A stretch of DNA of 63,496 nt, counting the filler, from Octopus bimaculoides (Eukaryota), in assembly GCF_001194135.2 (NCBI RefSeq). It is 5 parts of 3 records of this genome, joined end to end, with 100 filler letters (N's around TTAATTAATTAA, not from the genome) between each part and the next. Parts side by side here need not be neighbours in the genome. Positions count along the whole stretch, not along the records: positions 1 to 21,765 come from NC_068988.1; 4 more parts are not named here. One strand, 5' to 3'. Under the pieces are notes generated by a model. It was not told the DNA's origin. It did not search any database and saw nothing but the letters and a program-made list of their open reading frames with translations. Shown here one piece after another: positions 1 through 12,801 of this stretch; within the stretch, counting starts at the first letter, position 1, and the number at the start of each line of letters is the position of its first letter. Made by a program: the position numbers and the translations under genes.

Positions 1-330
1 AAGAACGCAAAACTTCCAGACAGGTGATACAAAAAAGGGACAATAAAACATCCAGATAGACGATACAAAGAAAACAAGGATGGGTCGTTCAGAGTTTCCT
101 TTCCTCAGTCGAGTTCCTGATTATCTTTGCAATTTTGGATGGTTATACTCGAGATTTCTCCTATCTGGCCAGCCCCAAGGAAAAACTAAGCTAAGAGCAT
201 TAGATTCTTTGGAAGAAAGCAGTGAATATAAACGAAGGCAAAGACGGGAAAACGAAGAATGTTACACAAATACAAATAACAGGACATAACAACAGGTGTC
301 TTTCGACTAAGGACGAATTACATTAAGCTG
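1..330. repeat. Interspersed repeat fragment, possibly Penelope-related terminal sequence
   Basis: Purine-rich, non-coding, cut by the window edge and followed by microsatellites. The family assignment is a guess from sequence style only. Confidence 0.25.
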
Positions 331-384
331 ACGTGTATGGAAGTATGTATGGAAGTATGTATGGAAGTATGTATGTATGTATGT

Positions 385-517
385 ATGTGTGTTTGTGTGT
401 CTGTGTTTGTCCCCCCAACATCGCTTGACAACAGATGCTGGTGTGTTTACAGATGTTGGTGTGTTTAGCGGTTCGGCATAAGAGATCGATAGAATAAGTA
501 CTAGGCTTCCAAAGAAT
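385..517 (+). mobile_element. Partial SINE (3' half of the family also at 47697, 52553, 53652)
   Basis: Shares gtgtctgtgtttgtccccccaacatcgcttgacaac...ttagcggttcggca...gatagaataagtactaggctt with the other copies. Confidence 0.75.
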
Positions 518-518
518 A

Positions 519-520
<2 letters not shown>

Positions 521-578
<58 letters not shown>
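521..578. repeat. (GT)n microsatellite (similar tracts at ~18316-18440, 45621-45735, 50348-50480, 58625-58696, 61019-61080)
   Basis: Read directly from the sequence. Confidence 0.99.
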
Positions 579-581
<3 letters not shown>

Positions 582-1719
582 ATATATAGGGATATAGATA
601 GTGTTTGCTCACTGTCACCAAGCATCTCAATTCTTCAGTTGTAACTACTTTGTGATCGAGGTATTTATTTTGTAAGGTACTATTTTCTCTTGAATTTGTG
701 ATTTCAGAGAAAAGTAAGAAATTCTTCATATTTTGACTTTACAGTCAAATTGTAGTATTGTCTATCCAATTGAAATATTGCAAGAGCTAACAGTGAAATA
801 TAGAATTTAAGATAGGTTTTTTCGACTGTTATCAAGTCTTTGAGAACATTCACGGTATTTTTCAAAAATATATAATTTGAAATAATTTGCTTTTGTTTTG
901 GACTGAAATTTCTTCGTATTTTAATGTTCTTGAATAAACTTCGCAAACAAAAGCTGAGACATCTATACTTCACAGTTGTTATTTTGCAATGCCTGTCTTC
1001 TGATATTTGTTAGTCCATTGTATAAATATCCAACCCTATTAAATATTGGCCTTCCTAAATATGAAATAATACAATAGTTCCAACCCTAAATAAATTTAAC
1101 TTGTACTTTTAAAGATGTTCCTTAGGATAATGTGAAATATTGAACTTCAGATAGAATAAAGTAAAATATAACTATGAATAAAAGGTGCGTAGATTATGAA
1201 TTTTGATTGAAGAGATGAGGCCTTGAAACAAAAACTTGCAGGGAGCCTCCAAAATCATGCAATGGCCCTGCCAAGACCAATTGTTTAACTTTCATTATAA
1301 TATAACATTCGTATTTCATTTCAAAATATAATAGTATGTCCCCCCGTTGACCTACCTATTAAATAGTGCCTTATTGGCTGCTACTCAGTGACCTTCATAG
1401 TAAGTAGAACAATTGACATGTCAATTACTTTTTATAACCTTAAAGGAAATACAGAATAATATTTTTGGATAGCCTGAAGTGGCTTTTTTCTTTGATTTCG
1501 GGTATTTATTAATAGGATGAAGTGAAGTAATTTTCTGAATGGAATGATAAAAGTAACAAAAAATAAAAACTACACAATGTACATAATTAGTAATTATTTT
1601 TCTCCTCATTTCATAAAGAATACAAAGCTAGGAAAATAAACCCTTCTAGCAGTAAATTAAACACGTGTTTTTAATTCTAATTATGACATTTTTGAGAACT
1701 CACGTTATGTTTATTTCAG

Positions 1720-1847
1720 CGTATGCAATTAGACAATGTTTGCCAATAGGTCAGTGGTACAGTAAACCAAACAATAACAAAACATGGACAAATTATACAG
1801 CCTGTACTGCAACAAAACAAGTTCAAAGAGTTCCCAGGCTTATTCAG
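1720..1847 (+). CDS. Class B1 GPCR exon: C-terminal part of the extracellular hormone-receptor domain (xAYAIRQCLPIGQWYSKPNNNKTWTNYTACTATKQVQRVPRLIQ)
   Basis: Acceptor ttatttcag|c and donor cag|gtaata. Contains the class B ECD motif R-x-C-x(3)-G-x-W...W-T-N-Y-T-x-C. Starts in phase 1 and ends in phase 0, matching the next exon. Confidence 0.93.
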
Positions 1848-4363
1848 GTAATATCAATAAATATTACTTCTTGTTTGACATTATTTTACTTATCTTATTA
1901 ATACTATACATTTTATTAATAGCATTGTCGTCTCACTGACAATCGTGGATAGTACAAATAAATTTCAATAGCTTCTAGAAAATTACTCCATGTCAAAGTA
2001 ATGACTATGTATCTGGAACACATTTAACCAACTGAAGTGCTTAAAATTATCATCCGATCGAATGGCAAATACTCACTGACCAACGCAAAACAACCAATAT
2101 CACACGTGATTGTTGTTTTTTCTCACCTACCAAAACAGCAGATGTCTGTTGACATTAGCGGTTATGAATTGGTCAGTGAGTATTTATTATTTGGTTGGAT
2201 TGGACAATTTTTATGCATTTTAATATTTTTATGAGCGTCCAAGATATAAAATGGCTATTTCGACACGAGTCACGTTTCCTAGAAGTTTAGTATTAATAAA
2301 GACATAAAAGTGAGAACTTGTTTTAGGATATTATTTTGTATTGATGATGGATATGCCAGTTCCCAATGTAGCATTTTCCATATATTAGCATTTCTTAGCT
2401 AACATATGAAAGTATTGGTGCAACAAAAAGAGGGTTGAAGAAGATTTTTGATGTGTGTTTAGAATTGATAGAATTTATTTTATCAGGTGGATTCCGATTT
2501 TGAATAACGAGCTGGTAGAATCTAAAAATTAGTAGATAATCTCTTTGCATGGGTCTATATGGCCTGGCCGCAATTTGGGAAATGAAAAGGTCAAGTAATG
2601 CATAAATACTTTACTTTCCTGAAAATAGTCATCTATGCGTTGTCATGAAAGGTAATCATACCCTAGGCAGTGATGGTCGGTGACTATCCCAGTATTAGTT
2701 GTTTTGAAGCTGTGGTTGTGTGTGGAATGAAACAGATTAAAAGACATATCGTCATAGGCTTAGCTACCTTGGAAGTGTCAAAATTAAAATACAATTACTG
2801 ACAAAAACTCATATTTAGTGACCTGATAACTAGGTTAAATGCAGGATAGCTTATAGAAACATATATGTTGTAAGATGATTGCGATTGTTCGTCTTTGTTA
2901 GAAATTGATCAGAAATCTTATAGAGGAACTGTGAGTGACATGAAGGATGTTTACCACGGAGGCAAATCGGCGAGGAGACTAATTTGTAGATGCAACTCAG
3001 TTCATTCTTAATACGACTCGAGAGATAAGTGAACAAAAGCTAATGTCTAAAAGAGTTCAAGGAGTTGCAGGAAATGCAGAGAAACTTCAAAAATGTTTGA
3101 GGAAAGAAAAAGGAGGGTTTTGAACTGGAGTATATGGCAGGCTACTTTCTTTATGTTCACTTGAGTTAAATGAGTGTGAGAACGCGTCTTATATCTATTA
3201 GAAAAAGTTAAAATATAACGTGATCTGAGTAGAAGAGATTAGATAACGTTTAGAACTGATATTTGTTTAGAATAAATTTTATGGTTTACGTAATAATAAG
3301 AGGATACTGGTTGCTCTAAGCTTTACGACTATTGCTATAAAAAGCGGAAGAGTTGTTTGGTAAACTGCTTCTCTTTCTTTCGGTCGTAAGGAGATGAATA
3401 TATGGAGGACATGATATTGAAATCAAGCCTTCGTGTGAGGCCTTTCGGAATCTTTTCATTGAGTTGGGACAGCGATTTTAAACTGGAGAAGAGAAGACGA
3501 AAATGTTATGCTCGGTGATAGGGTAGTTTTGGAAGCGTTACTTAGTAGTTCATAACTTCTATTATCCGGGGGTAAGCCTCTGTTGGAAAACCTATTAGAC
3601 TGTCAGTTTTTTAAAAATTCAACTTCATTACTGAAGGGAAAGTGTAGTGCACAGAAGTTGCATAATGGGAGAGTATGTTATCGTCAACATGAAAGAAATT
3701 CGAGTTAAATGATATAACTTACAGATTTCTGTGATTTTCAGAACAATAATACGAAGAAAAATGAAAGGAGATGTAAACTAGTTTGTCTGTTTCATTTTAG
3801 GCTTGTTTTGGTGAATAGAGGAAAGTGTGTATTTATGGTAGTTCTTTTCTACTTCTCTATCTTTTCAAGGCAAACAAAAACAGCCCAGAAATGGGACCGT
3901 CTTCAGGTCGTTACCAATGTTTGTATTACTGGCTCAAGCACATTATCTACGCCTTAGATTTTGTAGTACCTTTTCTTGGTAATAACATCCGTTATTTACC
4001 CTACAGACCTTTTTTTTAAAATACAAGAAACACTTGTAAGTAATTAGTGTACCTATAAATAGCAACCCTCAAATCATACCTTGTTGTCTTAAAGAGAGTC
4101 ATACTGGATAATATGATCGATTTACGCAACTCGTAAACAAAAGTGAGAATGATTGTGACTGGAATGTCACCGTTCTTGTGTTTGCTAGAACCAAAATGCG
4201 GTTAAACAGCAACAACACATACAGGGCGCTGCAGATGAGAGGTGAGTGCTATTGCTAGATTTTAAACTGATCCTAGACCAGATTTAATAGACCTATGGTC
4301 AAAGGTATTTCAGAAGCAGTCCGCCTTCTTTTGCACTGATAGCTTTTTTTATAATTACATTGA

Positions 4364-4617
4364 TACAGTTCTATATTTAAGAGATGAGGAATTATGTACA
4401 TTATTTACATTATTTACATTTAACGGATATTTGTCCTCATCTTGTTTCTTGTTAGCACACGGTTTCGGTTGATATACCCTCAGGCATATGGCGTGGTGGT
4501 TAAGAGCGGGGGCTACTAACCCCAAGATTCCGAATTCGATTCCAGGCAGTGACCTAAATAATAATAATAATAATAATANNNNNNNNNNCAGGCAGTGACC
4601 TAAATAATAATAATAAC

Positions 4618-4690
<73 letters not shown>

Positions 4691-4843
4691 TCGAAAATAC
4701 CTTAGGAATGAGAACCCAGGTTCGAAATTTCCCCAAGACACCTGATGAAGGCTGGAGAGTATATCAGCCAAAACGTTGTGTTAGCAACAAACAAGATGGC
4801 GACAAATATCCGTCAAATATAAATAATGTAAATAATGTACATT
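4364..4843 (+). mobile_element. Non-autonomous element: inverted copy of own 3' tail + tRNA-like head + (AAT)n + hammerhead-like motif + tail
   Basis: 4392-4480 is the reverse complement of 4755-4843. A-box-like TGGCGTGGTGG at 4489-4499 and B-box-like ATTCGATTCC at ~4534-4543. CTGATGA-A-GGCTG..CAGCC-AAAACGTT at 4742-4777. A second copy lies at 60498-60800. Confidence 0.85.
4737..4782 (+). ncRNA. Minimal type I hammerhead ribozyme motif, G12->A mutated
   Basis: Stem I GACAC/GTGTT, core CTGATGA, stem II GGCTG/CAGCC, AAAA in place of GAAA (position 4770), palindromic ACGT stem III, GUU triplet. Confidence 0.7.
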
Positions 4844-6310
4844 ATTGAGTTCAATGGTCCTTCATTTTCAAGACCGTAGTTTGTGATTTCAAGGAAATTT
4901 GGTTGTTGCTTGTAGCTGATCGAATGATCAAGTAAATGTTCTTTTCTATTTCTGTAAGATGAATGTTCAATATGAAGCTAGAGGGTGTTACGTGGATTAG
5001 AAAAGATTCAGAGCATTTTGCATCTCATAAGTATATATGGTATTTGAGTTTTCTATATTTGTAAGCTAATATTTCAATTACTGTAGACAAATGTTTTTAT
5101 GGCGATTGATTCGAGAGCGTGGTTTTATGTTTTGTTTATTTCCGCTCTCTGCTAAATAAAAAGTATATTGATTTATTTTATTGGATTCTGTGAACGTTGG
5201 TATGTGTGAGTTGGCTAACTTTATTGGGTGTAACGTATAGCAGACAGTGAAAATCTCTCGAGACATTAGGGGAGGCTTTTCTGTTGATTTAGAGTTCGAT
5301 TTGATATTTATAATGATGACTTGAAACTGAAGAATGAATTGTATATACGTGCAATATGTGCATGACTTTAAAGATCTTAACCTATGACATGGGGGAACTG
5401 ATGTTTGTGGAACTTTGAGCTGAGCTATGGAAATGGTATGTTTCTTGTACACAAACAGATGGTCCATCATTGCTGAGTATTGTTTTGTAATTATATGCGA
5501 AGTAAATTTGGTTAAATATACTTCCCTCTTTTATAAAATAAATGTAATTATTTGATAACTATGATATATGTTTGAATGTTTTGCTATAGACTATATCCAA
5601 GTACATAATAATTGAACGTTCTTTTAAATATATCACGTTACATTTTTACTCATGCCAAATGAATCTTCATTGAGTTATCAGTTCATCACATGGACGTGTA
5701 TTGTTTATTCAGTTTTATATTTTTAACTTTATCTAAGGACAAAAGCTGTAAATGGTTTCCGTCTTTTCTCACATATTTACTCTTCGTAACGTCAGCTGAT
5801 ACGACTTTTCGCGTATCTTTAATCATCAGTAGAATTCAAATATTTCATAATTATACATCGTCTAACTAGATGTCAGCTTCATTTATTCTGGCATTGATAT
5901 AAGTAATTTCTCCTAGAATAACTTTTTGCATCATTCACCTTCAATGATATCCAAATTATTTTTATTGGAAATTATATTTGTGTTCAGATTTCTTTGATTG
6001 CATTTCTATTACAATGGCGAATATCCTGATATAATTGAATCCTAATATTAAACAAACCTATTCATAGACGAAGGACATGTCTCAACATATATATTAAGTT
6101 TTCAGGCATGGTTAGAAAATTTCCTTATTTCTTCGCTTCAATCTCAAAGTTTCAAAATTATTCATATCCTAGAATTATCTAATTTCTCTTCTGTGCGAAG
6201 AGAAATAACAAACCTTGAAATTAAGTCTTATTCTTTGGATGATGAAAATGTGTGCAGCTTTATTTTAAAATGACATGTCTACTAATACTATCTTACTTTT
6301 GTCTTCATAG

Positions 6311-6405
6311 GAACATCTTCCCAGAATAATCATTATGTCCAATGTTGGATATGGCCTTAGCTTGGTTTCACTGGTAATAGCATGCTTTATAATGTTATAT
6401 TTCAG
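6311..6405 (+). CDS. Class B1 GPCR exon: TM1 (EHLPRIIIMSNVGYGLSLVSLVIACFIMLYFR)
   Basis: Acceptor gtcttcatag|gaa and donor ttcag|gtaaag. TM1 motif GY-x-LSL-x-SL. 95 nt, phase 0 to 2. Not in the ORF track (no ATG); translated by hand. Confidence 0.93.
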
Positions 6406-6879
6406 GTAAAGTATATATCACAATGAAGTCGTTCATTATTTTTTTATGCAAAGCTATATTTAACAAGTATTTGTTCAATAAAGCATATTCAAAATATTGT
6501 AGCTGACCTAGTCGATATATTACCGAGATATTGGCGGAAAAGTAAACAGTTACCCCATAATCGAGATGCACTATCTATATATATATAACAAATTTTAACC
6601 TTGTTTGTTCAATTCTCCAAGGTACTAATATACACCATTAATAGGTAGCTGTAACTAAAGCAAATATTTGACGCGCTGAATACTTACAGGAAGTTAATGG
6701 CTTCGGTTGAATTGAATAAAATATTGCTCACTGATATTCTCGACAGAAGTATATATATTGTTTGGTTAATTGGCTGTGCGAATTTTATGCAACATGAACT
6801 CAGTTCAAAGTATTTTGTGTGATTTACTCCGATCCTTAGCATTTGTACCCTCTGTGCAGGAGAGCGTCTCACTTCAATG

Positions 6880-7500
6880 TTATCATATGCAGACATCCTA
6901 ACTTGGAGGTCCCTCAGATTTGCGGACGATGATATCCCTTCAAGTGATGCCAAATGCAATTGGTGAATCCGCTGATGTGAACAGAGACCAAAAGCCGAGC
7001 AGCAGATTTTTCTACAAGTCGGATATGAACCGATGAGCACGCCTTACTCGGTGCTCGTAGAGCCATTCATGACACCAATGCGCGCCAGTTTCACAAGTAT
7101 GATACCAGATTGTCCGCTATTCGCTTCAATCGGCAGCAAGTTTTACTATATCTGTAAGAGGAACGTTGCATTTCCGCAGGATGGCAGCAACTTGATCTTT
7201 GTATTTCTTCCTCTGTCTTCGAACAGATTGTTGACCTTCGGTCAGCTCCTCATTGAATACAATATGGGGAAGACGGAAAGGGTGCATCTTGATGAGATGG
7301 GCATTCCAGCGAAATTGACGTTTGTCAATTAGAGATTTGATGATGAAGGAGTTGCAGCGTTCGAAGATGGTTCGATATGGAACCCTGTCTTCTCTCGAAA
7401 CGCCTGGGATGCATTGGAGGCACCTGATGTGAATGGATTCAAGAATTTGGTGAATGCTGTGATTGAAACCGGTGTATTTCCGACAACGTCGTTTTCAAAT
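6880..7500 (-). mobile_element. RTE-clade LINE 3' fragment (decayed)
   Basis: Minus translation LESIHIRCLQCIPGVSREDRVPYRTIFERC...QFRWNAHLIKM...RLPHIVFNEELTEGQQSVRRQRKKYKDQ matches the RTE ORF C-terminus, with stop codons. Confidence 0.85.
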
Positions 7501-8209
7501 TAATGTTTAAAGAAACACCTCATAGATGCACAGCTGATCTTTCAGGTTTCTGCGCACCTGTCTTAATATTTGCTTGCTGATAGTATTAAGGATACTAGAT
7601 CGTTCAGTGAGAAGCAACGTAAATTATACCATTTCTGATATTTCTGATCAGCTCCTGGCTTTAAAATGTTACAGCTTTAAAATATTGTCATCAGCGCAGA
7701 TATGGTTATCTGGTGATATTTATCTTACCTTACATTTATAATTAACATGTCATGAATCAGGGATTCAACACATCTTCAGCCTAATTCATCCACTTTGCCT
7801 GCTAACTATTCTACTTCTAAAAGATCATTATATATTAGGAAAAAAAGATTTAGTTTGGCTGATTCTCTTACAGAAAGTAACGACATAAATTATTCGTAAT
7901 ATTTATACGTGCAGTTTCATGCAAATTCTCAACATGGTAGTAGGATCCACTGAATGACATTAGCTAATATTTAGTAATGTTTACGTTAATCATTTCAATC
8001 TCAAATCACACAATTTTGACAATTTATTTCAAATATAAACTGATATTTTTAGGTCTGCAAGTTTGAAAACAAAACAATAATTATTAAAATTGAAAATCTA
8101 ATACAAATGAAAACATAATGTAATAATTTTCAGAAATAAGCTATTCACATTTGATAATTTTATAAAGATTTAAATAAATAAAACATCTGAAATGTTCTTC
8201 TACCTCCAG

Positions 8210-8378
8210 AAAACTACGATGCCGAAGAAACACGATCCACGTCAACTTGTTTCTATCATTCATACTTCGAGCTCTACTGGCTCTAACCAAAGACAGCATG
8301 TTAAAGGAAGGTCTTGCGTTTGCGGCAGATTTACATATAACTGAAGACGGCAAAGTTGAATTTGTTGACGATAAATCG
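8210..8378 (+). CDS. Class B1 GPCR exon: ICL1-TM2-ECL1 (KLRCRRNTIHVNLFLSFILRALLALTKDSMLKEGLAFAADLHITEDGKVEFVDDKS)
   Basis: Acceptor tacctccag|a and donor tcg|gtaag. Family motif L-x-C-x-RN-x-IH-x-NLF-x-SF-x-LRA. 169 nt, phase 2 to 0. The long acidic ECL1 resembles PTH-receptor-like proteins. Confidence 0.95.
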
Positions 8379-8531
8379 GTAAGATATTTTCGTTTATAAA
8401 TTTATACGGCTGACCATCGTTATACGGTGGTAGACTAACTGTTATAGTAACACATACTTCAATAGGTGTTCTTTCGTGTAATTTGATAAGAATATAACAT
8501 TCTCGTATTAATGTTTGGATTAAATATCGAT

Positions 8532-8698
8532 TTGAAATTTCGGCACATGGCCAGAAATTTCGGAAGATGAGGTAAGTCGATTACATCGACCCCAGTGCTA
8601 AAATGATACTTATTTTATCATACTCGAGAGGATCGACCCGGCGAATTTTGCTAAGCGTTTTACCCGGCGTACCAACGATTCTTGCAGCTCACTGCCTT
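8532..8698 (-). mobile_element. tRNA-derived SINE, family 1, degenerate (other minus copies at ~17262-17447, 36700-36910, 38795-38965, 40775-41045, 41195-41385)
   Basis: Reverse complement of aggcggcgagctggcagaa-cgttagcacgccggg...gaaatgcttagc...gtcgact...agtaccagt. Confidence 0.7.
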
Positions 8699-9177
8699 CT
8701 TTCAATTAAATATTGCTTGTAAAATCAGAATGAAAAATACATCAAAGGAGTACCACATGTTAGCATTCTTACTATTCCATTATAAACTTTCCAAACTTCG
8801 TAAGCAGTTTACTGATTTTATACAGTGACACCATCGTAAATTGATTTATAAAGGAAGCTTGTATATACACTTGTAATTTCATTCTTGAATAGATTTGATT
8901 TGATGGGATAAAATTATGACTAAAGCAATTCGAAAGTTATAAGTTTTGAAGATCGTACATTTTTACTATCCGAGAAAAATAAATAAAACGATCAGACAAA
9001 GGTATTAGTATTCTAACATTTCTAAACATAAAAAACGAATCTTGGTGTAAGTACGATACAACTGTTTTCATAAATTTGTAACTATTACATAAAAGCTGAA
9101 AGTTTTAGTTTCTTCAAATGTCAAAATATAGTAGGAGCTTGGATATTTCTTATTAAATCTTTTCTCATGCTATTATT

Positions 9178-9372
9178 AGCCTGCAAGCTGACAGGATCGT
9201 TACCGCGTCTTACAAAATGCTCAGTAGCATTTCTTCTGGCTCTTTATGTTCAAATTCCATCAAGGTCGACTTTGCAAATAAGTTACAAATAAGTTACAGT
9301 TGAGTACTGGAGTCGACGAAATGAACTAACCCCCTTCCTCAAAGTTTTATCCTTTGTGCCTTACTAGAAGCC
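9178..9372 (+). mobile_element. tRNA-derived SINE, family 1, degenerate
   Basis: gttcaaattcc..caaggtcgactttgc...tactggagtcgac...ttgtgcc matches the family consensus. Confidence 0.7.
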
Positions 9373-11164
9373 ACGAGTAAAAATTCTTCACCAGCCTGAT
9401 TTCAATACTATATACTATCTAGTGCAAATATACTTTGCTTGGAATGGCTTTACCTTTCTTCTAATGGCTTTCTTCTTACCTTTTTCCTAATGGTTAATTA
9501 AGTAATATTTCAATCGGTTGGAATAATAAAACCCAGTTAACAAAGTAGCTTATGAAACATTTAGCACGAAAAGTAAAATTAACACAGATAAATATTCTGC
9601 TCAAATGTCGGTTGTGCAGAATAAATCTAGATTTTTCACGAAATTTCTTTGTAAGTAATTACTGGATCAAATAAGGACTTAATTCCAAGAAAGCTAGTGG
9701 TAGTCTGCGACGGTAAAAATCAATTAGTACAGTCCACAAATTTGCTTGAATCTTGTCGTTTAACAGGATGCGAACTTAATGAAACTCGTGAATATTAAGA
9801 CAGCTGAGATGCAATCACATATCTGATGCATTGGTTTCCAATATTTTAAAACCGTTTCAATCGTTCTTTTTATTCTCTTTGCACTGGGCACAACGGTTCA
9901 ACAGTGTTTGAGATGTTCTGTATATAGGTTACAGTGATTAACCTATAAGATAACTTCAGAAAAATAGTTGAGTAAAAAATCAATTTGAAGTTAAATTTCA
10001 TTTTTAATTGAAAGTCCCAAACAAGGAGAAACTCCACTTACTGTAATGGACTACAAAGGAGTAATTAAGAGGAAAGAAATGAATTTACTTTAAACTTGAA
10101 TGAGTTCTGGTCGTAGAAAAGGGGAAAACAATGAGATGAAGAGAGTCCCAAAGTCTAGCATTTTGAGGGAAAAAAAACCTACGACCGTAGAAAGACTTCC
10201 TTATTCATGGAAGCAAAACAGTATTTTGGATAAAGACAACGTGAGTTTTGAGACCCGCGAGATGGCACAAAGTGTTCTGGAACAAAGTGAGAAAGTTCAT
10301 GAGAGCACTTTCTGTAGCAATAACAATAGAAAAGACCGAGACAGGAGACGTCACGTCCATGTGACAAGGTTTTCAGAGTTGAAAAAAGGGACCAATCATA
10401 TTAGAGATTCGCTTCTGAAAATGGTCAAGGAGAGCCAAGCGACAAGATGTTGCACCTGCCCGAGTATGTCAGCAGTATTCCATACCAGGTTCAATTGAGG
10501 GATCATAACGATACAAAGTGGCCTAGAATATGAGGTAGTCTTTTGATCTGTACAATGACCCCCACCTCGCAAGAAGCAGACCTTTTAATTGATTGTACGG
10601 AGGAACTTCAAGAATGATCAGGCGAGAAATTAAAACCAAGCAATTTCAAGGACATTTTGTCTAAGAATCTGACTGTCTCACTATATGATACCTCAGACCT
10701 ATAACTCATGAAAACGGAAGTAAGATAGAGATCCTGCTTCCTACTGAAAGACATTGGTTTGTTCTCGCCAGAATTTAATGTTACTAACCACTTCTCGCCC
10801 TATTTTCTAACGGCCTGCACTTAGTTATTAATAGATATTTAATTACAATTTCACCTATAACATAAGCTGCTAACTGAAGTTATTCTCTAACTAGAATTTT
10901 ATTAGCAAAGCATACACATTCGTATTAATTTAAATTAGTCCATCAATATTTCATCGTATTTCCTCAGTCTTTTGACAGTTGATTACTCTATAATGTTCGA
11001 ATCAAATAATTGGCAATTATTCTGTAGCGATTTCCAAATGACACAGAAGATCAGTTTTAATTACCGTCTGAGCATTTCTTATTTCAAATTGGAAAGGCAG
11101 CAAAGCAAACATAAATCAAGTCATTAATTGTTTATCTATTATGTAGTGTGAGGTTTTATATATG

Positions 11165-12430
11165 CAGGGGTTGGACGAAATAATGGAAACACCTATCATC
11201 ATAGCATCATAATTTTGAGAAATCAAAAAAACCATCAAAAGTTTGTTTATTTTTATGTGTTTTTTTTTTAGTTATTATTAGTGTTGCTTAATATGTTTTG
11301 CTAAAATTGCTGTTTCTTTTCAGCTATAATCAGCAAAAGGTAATTACAATTCATTAAAATGACAGATCTATCAAACTTTCAAAGCGGTCAGATTGTTGGT
11401 GCTCGTATGTCAGGCGCTGGTGTAACGAAAACAGCCGAAATATTTGGTGTATCATAAGTATTATCTCGAAAGTAATGGCAGCCTTTACGAAAGAGGGAAA
11501 AATCTCCTCGTCGAAGCAAAACTCCAGAAGAAAACCAAAGCTTTCAAAGCTTTGGACTCTTACGCGAATTGTTAGAAAGGATTACAAAAGTACAGCTCCC
11601 AAAATTATTGCACAGCTTAATGACCACCTCGAGAACCCAGTTTCCACAAAAACTGTTTGGCGGGAGCTGCACAAAGCCGGATTTCACGGGAGGGCTGCAA
11701 TCTGAAAACCACTACTTTCAGAAACAAATGCTGCAAAGCATTTAGAGTGGAATAAAAACCTACAGTATTGGTTCCTAGAGCAGTGGAAGAATGTTATTTT
11801 ATTGGACGAGTAATCCTTTACCTTATTTCCGACCACCGGCTGAGTATATGTGGTGGACAGCCAAAAGAAGCATTCCACCCAGACTGCCTTCTTCCAACTG
11901 CTAAACATGGAGGGTGATCTGTGTGATGATCTGTGATGATCTGGGGTGAGGGCTATATCTTGGAAATCCACCGGCCTAATGGTTTCCCTTCTTGGCAGAA
12001 ATAATAGCCAAGACTATTTAAACATTTTATCTGATCAGATTCATCCTATGGTTGCGGAACTATTTCTTTCAGTTGCAGAATAATCTTTCAGGATGATAAT
12101 GCACCAATTCACACAGCTAAAATTGTTATTGAATGGCACGAGGAACATTCTAGTGAAGTTGAACATCTTATCTGGCCACCACAGTCCCCAGATCTCAATA
12201 TTATTGAACATTTATGGTGCATTTTAGAAAATCAAGTAAGGAGCAGATATTTTCTGGAGACTGTTTTAGCTGAAGAATGGACAAAAATTCCTTTGAAAAC
12301 AATTCAAACTTTGTGCGAGTTCACACTTTGTAGAATTCAAGCTGTAATTACTGCCAAAGGCGGTCCTACCCCATATTAAAATAATTAGTTTGAAATTTTA
12401 AGGTGTTTCCATTATTTTGTCCAACTCTTG
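11165..12430 (+). mobile_element. Full-length Tc1-like (DD34E) DNA transposon with a disrupted transposase (about 11359-12379)
   Basis: 30-bp TIRs caggggttggacgaaataatggaaacacct and aggtgtttccattattttgtccaactcttg, followed by TA. Motifs QIVGAR, QDDNAPIHTA and WPPQSPDLNIIEHLW. Contains frameshifts and stops. Confidence 0.95.
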
Positions 12431-12801
12431 TATATTCGGGCTATTGAGAACAATCATACATAAACTACACAGCTGATCTTACATTCAAATATTGAACAAA
12501 ATATCTGCAGAGAATCCAACATTTTTTTAAATTTCATTAACTAAACAAAATTTAATTTCAGTTAAATTCATAGACAAATGAAAATTACAGAAAATTAGGG
12601 ACATAAATTGTTAAAACAAATTATGTCTTCTTTTTTAAATGTAATAATAGATGTCAATATCTTATATTAATAAAATACAGTACGATCATGATAAAATATA
12701 ATTAAAATGTTAGTAAGGAACAGTGAGAATTCAGTTAATCAGTACTGATTGGAAATCGTATGTTTTCTTCTATTAACACATTTTGTAAATTTTCCTTTAA
12801 G

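Noticed and set aside
307-729. ORF-track entries with poly-HT, poly-YI, poly-CV, poly-L/Y, poly-S/R or X runs throughout the window
   Set aside because: These are translations of microsatellites and N gaps, with no protein signal.
2400-3700. Possible ancient L1/Tx1-like LINE remnant on the + strand
   Set aside because: Only a weak RKEKGG-like word; not enough motifs to support a call.
4483-4554. tRNA gene candidate
   Set aside because: The acceptor and T stems are incomplete and it is embedded in a dispersed repeat, so it is treated as a SINE-type head rather than a functional tRNA.
4556-4615. Apparent tandem duplication of caggcagtgacctaaataataat across a 10-N gap (likewise 26578-26660)
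   Set aside because: Identical sequence on both sides of a short N-run indicates overlapping contig ends.
5790-5835. Minus-strand CTGATGA...GAAA spacing resembling a hammerhead
   Set aside because: The intervening sequence cannot form stem II and no stem I/III pairing was found.
10100-10498. 132-aa ORF MSSGRRKGENN...
   Set aside because: No recognisable domain or splice context; probably decayed repeat sequence.
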